64,000 bases of DNA from Camelus dromedarius (lineage: Eukaryota): positions 51,710,001 to 51,774,000 of the forward strand of contig NC_087447.1 in assembly GCF_036321535.1 (NCBI RefSeq), given 5' to 3'. The stretch's first letter is position 1. Every line of letters starts with the position of its first letter. The translations under genes were made by a program, and so were the position numbers. Shown here piece after piece: positions 62,178 through 64,000 of the stretch. Below the pieces are notes generated by a model. The model made no database searches and was not told the origin of the DNA. It saw nothing but the letters and a program-made list of their open reading frames with translations.

Positions 62178-62850
62178 ATGGACAAGATCCTGGAGGCGGT
62201 AGTGACGTCATCATACCCGGCGAGCGTGAAGCAAGGGCTGGTGCGCCGCGTGCTTGAGGCTGCGCGGCAGCCGCTGGAGAGAGAGCAGTGCCTGGCCCTG
62301 CTAGCACTGGGCACGCGTCTCTACGTGGGCGGTGCGGACGAGCTGCCGCGCCGTGTGGGCTGCCAGCTGCTGCATGTGGCCGGCCGCCACCACCCCGAAG
62401 TCTTCGCCGAGTTCTTCAGCGCACGACGCGTGCTGCGCCTGCTGCAGGGGGGCGCCGGGCCGCCGGGGGCCCGCGCGCTAGCCTGCGTACAGCTCGGCCT
62501 GCAACTGCTGCCCGAGGGGCCCGCGGCGGAGGAGGTGTTTGCGCTGATGCGGCGCGAGGTGCTGCGCACCGTGTGCGAGCGCCCGGGGCCGGCGGCCTGC
62601 GCGCAGGTGGCACGGCTGCTGGCGCGGCATCCTCGCTGCGTCCCCGACGGCCCGCACCGCCTGCTCTTCTGCCAGCAGCTGGTGCGCTGCCTCGGTCGCT
62701 TCCGTTGCCCCGCAGAGGGCGAGGAGGGTGCCGTGGAGTTCCTGGAGCAGGCCCAGCAGGTGAGCGGGCTTCTGGCGCAACTGTGGCGTGCTCAGCCCGC
62801 CGCCATCCTGCCTTGCCTCAAGGAGCTGTTCGCCGTTATCTCCTGCACAG
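62178..62850 (+). CDS. USP35: USP35 ubiquitin-specific protease, first coding exon (N-terminal helical region; gene continues beyond the window)
   Basis: MDKILEAVVTSSYPASVKQGLVRRVLEAARQPLEREQC...ILPCLKELFAVISCT is the USP35/USP38-type N-terminus. Acceptor cccccacag| at 62167, strong Kozak actATGG, donor CAG|GTGCGT at 62850 (673 nt, phase 1). Synteny with KCTD21 supports USP35. Confidence 0.95.
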
Positions 62851-62941
62851 GTGCGTGTGCTTTAGGGCCGGGGCGGGGACTGTGCGTGCGGAGTCTTATG
62901 GATGGCGTGCCCGCGTGGTGGTTTAGCGCGTGCGTGCTACA

Positions 62942-63195
62942 GCACAGGTCCGGGAGTGCATTGTTCCTTTGTCTGGTTACCAGGCCTCTCCTGAGCTCCT
63001 GCGGGTTGGCGTGGGGGTGGGGGTGGTGGGGTGTCCTATCCTGTAGTGAATGCTGGGCGTGCACAGGTCCGGGAGTGCCTTGACCCTTTGTCTGGTTAGC
63101 AGGCCTCTCCTGAGCTCCTGCGGGGTTGGGGCTGGCGTGGTGGTGGTGGTGGTGGTGGTGAGGTGTCCTATCCTGTAGTGAATGCTGGGCGTGCA
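62942..63195 (+). repeat. Two-copy tandem duplication (119-nt and 132-nt units) in the USP35 intron
   Basis: Units start GCACAGGTCCGGGAGTGC at 62942 and 63061, and end GTGTCCTATCCTGTAGTGAATGCTGGGCGT. Confidence 0.92.
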
Positions 63196-64000
63196 GGGAG
63201 GACCGGGCCCAGTTCAGTCTGGCCAGGAGGAGGACGAGGGGCCGAGTGAGACAACAGGAAGAGGAAGAGGAAGAGGGGGGGTCAGCATGTCTTTTGGGTC
63301 AGGTAGGCTTCGTAGAGGCGGTGACTTTTGAACCAGGCCTTGAGAGCTGGGCAGCACCAGGCAGCGGGGCAGGGTGCTCTGGGCGGATGGAGGGGAGGTC
63401 TGGAGGCGCGGTGGAGCCTGTACGTGTCAGCTCTGAAGTGGCAGTCTTGGCCCTCCGTTGGCAACTGTGGAAATTGCGCTGTAGTTTAAATGACAAATAA
63501 AATCGGTGCCTTCTCTGATTATAGGGCTGTTCAGGGGAAAGCAAAGGGATGCACCTGGCAGGAGGAAGAAGTATAAGGACCTCGGTCTTTATACAATTGA
63601 ACAACAAATTTTCATAACTAAATGTTTTTTTCTCACCTCTGAGCCTTTGTTTATTGGGTTTTACTTGGACTATCCTTCCTGCCCCCAGTTCACATAGCCT
63701 TCATACCTGTTTTTGCCAGATCCATTGTTACCCTACTCCTTTTAAAGGCCTTGCCCGTACATGCACAGTTGGGGGTCAGTGTTTTTGTTTTTTGTTTTTT
63801 TCTTTGCTCAGAATAGGGGCCCAAAGCAGTGCCAGTGAAAGTTTGTTGAGTGAATGAGCTAAATGAGATCAGAGGCTGGGATGCTGTAAGAGGTGAGGAG
63901 GTGGCTCCAATGTGCTCTTTGCAGAGGCACAGCCTAGTTCCTTGGCAGTGTGAAGGGCATGGGGTGATGGGAGAGGTGTGGGGCCCACTTCCCTGCTAAG

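Noticed and set aside
62142..63083. 313-aa ORF as a complete protein
   Set aside because: The start lies in the acceptor region and the part after 62850 is intron read-through. Only 62178-62850 matches USP35.

Overview
Mammalian, not prokaryotic, genomic DNA. It is most likely camelid, based on two tRNA-derived Vic-1-type SINEs and no Alu, Bov-tA or CAN SINEs seen. The window is syntenic with the human ALG8-KCTD21-USP35 region. It holds ALG8 coding exons 1-2 (minus), the complete KCTD21 CDS (minus, single coding exon, 260 aa) and the first coding exon of USP35 (plus). There are two CpG-island promoters, at ~5.1 kb (ALG8) and ~56.5 kb (KCTD21/USP35 head-to-head). Repeats are dense: a near full-length Tigger1, several ERV1-type solo LTRs, a decayed ERVL provirus, MLT1/MLT2 LTRs, L1 pieces with TSDs and MIR/L2. 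The most interesting unexplained signal is a chain of plus-strand, splice-site-flanked, non-repeat segments from ~8.7 to ~40.7 kb. Their translations repeatedly resemble RGS domains, suggesting a decayed multi-exon RGS22/RGSL1-like gene head-to-head with ALG8, where human carries the lncRNA KCTD21-AS1. That call is by-eye pattern recognition and needs an HMM or BLAST test. Repeat family names are recalled from consensus sequences and boundaries without TSDs are approximate.
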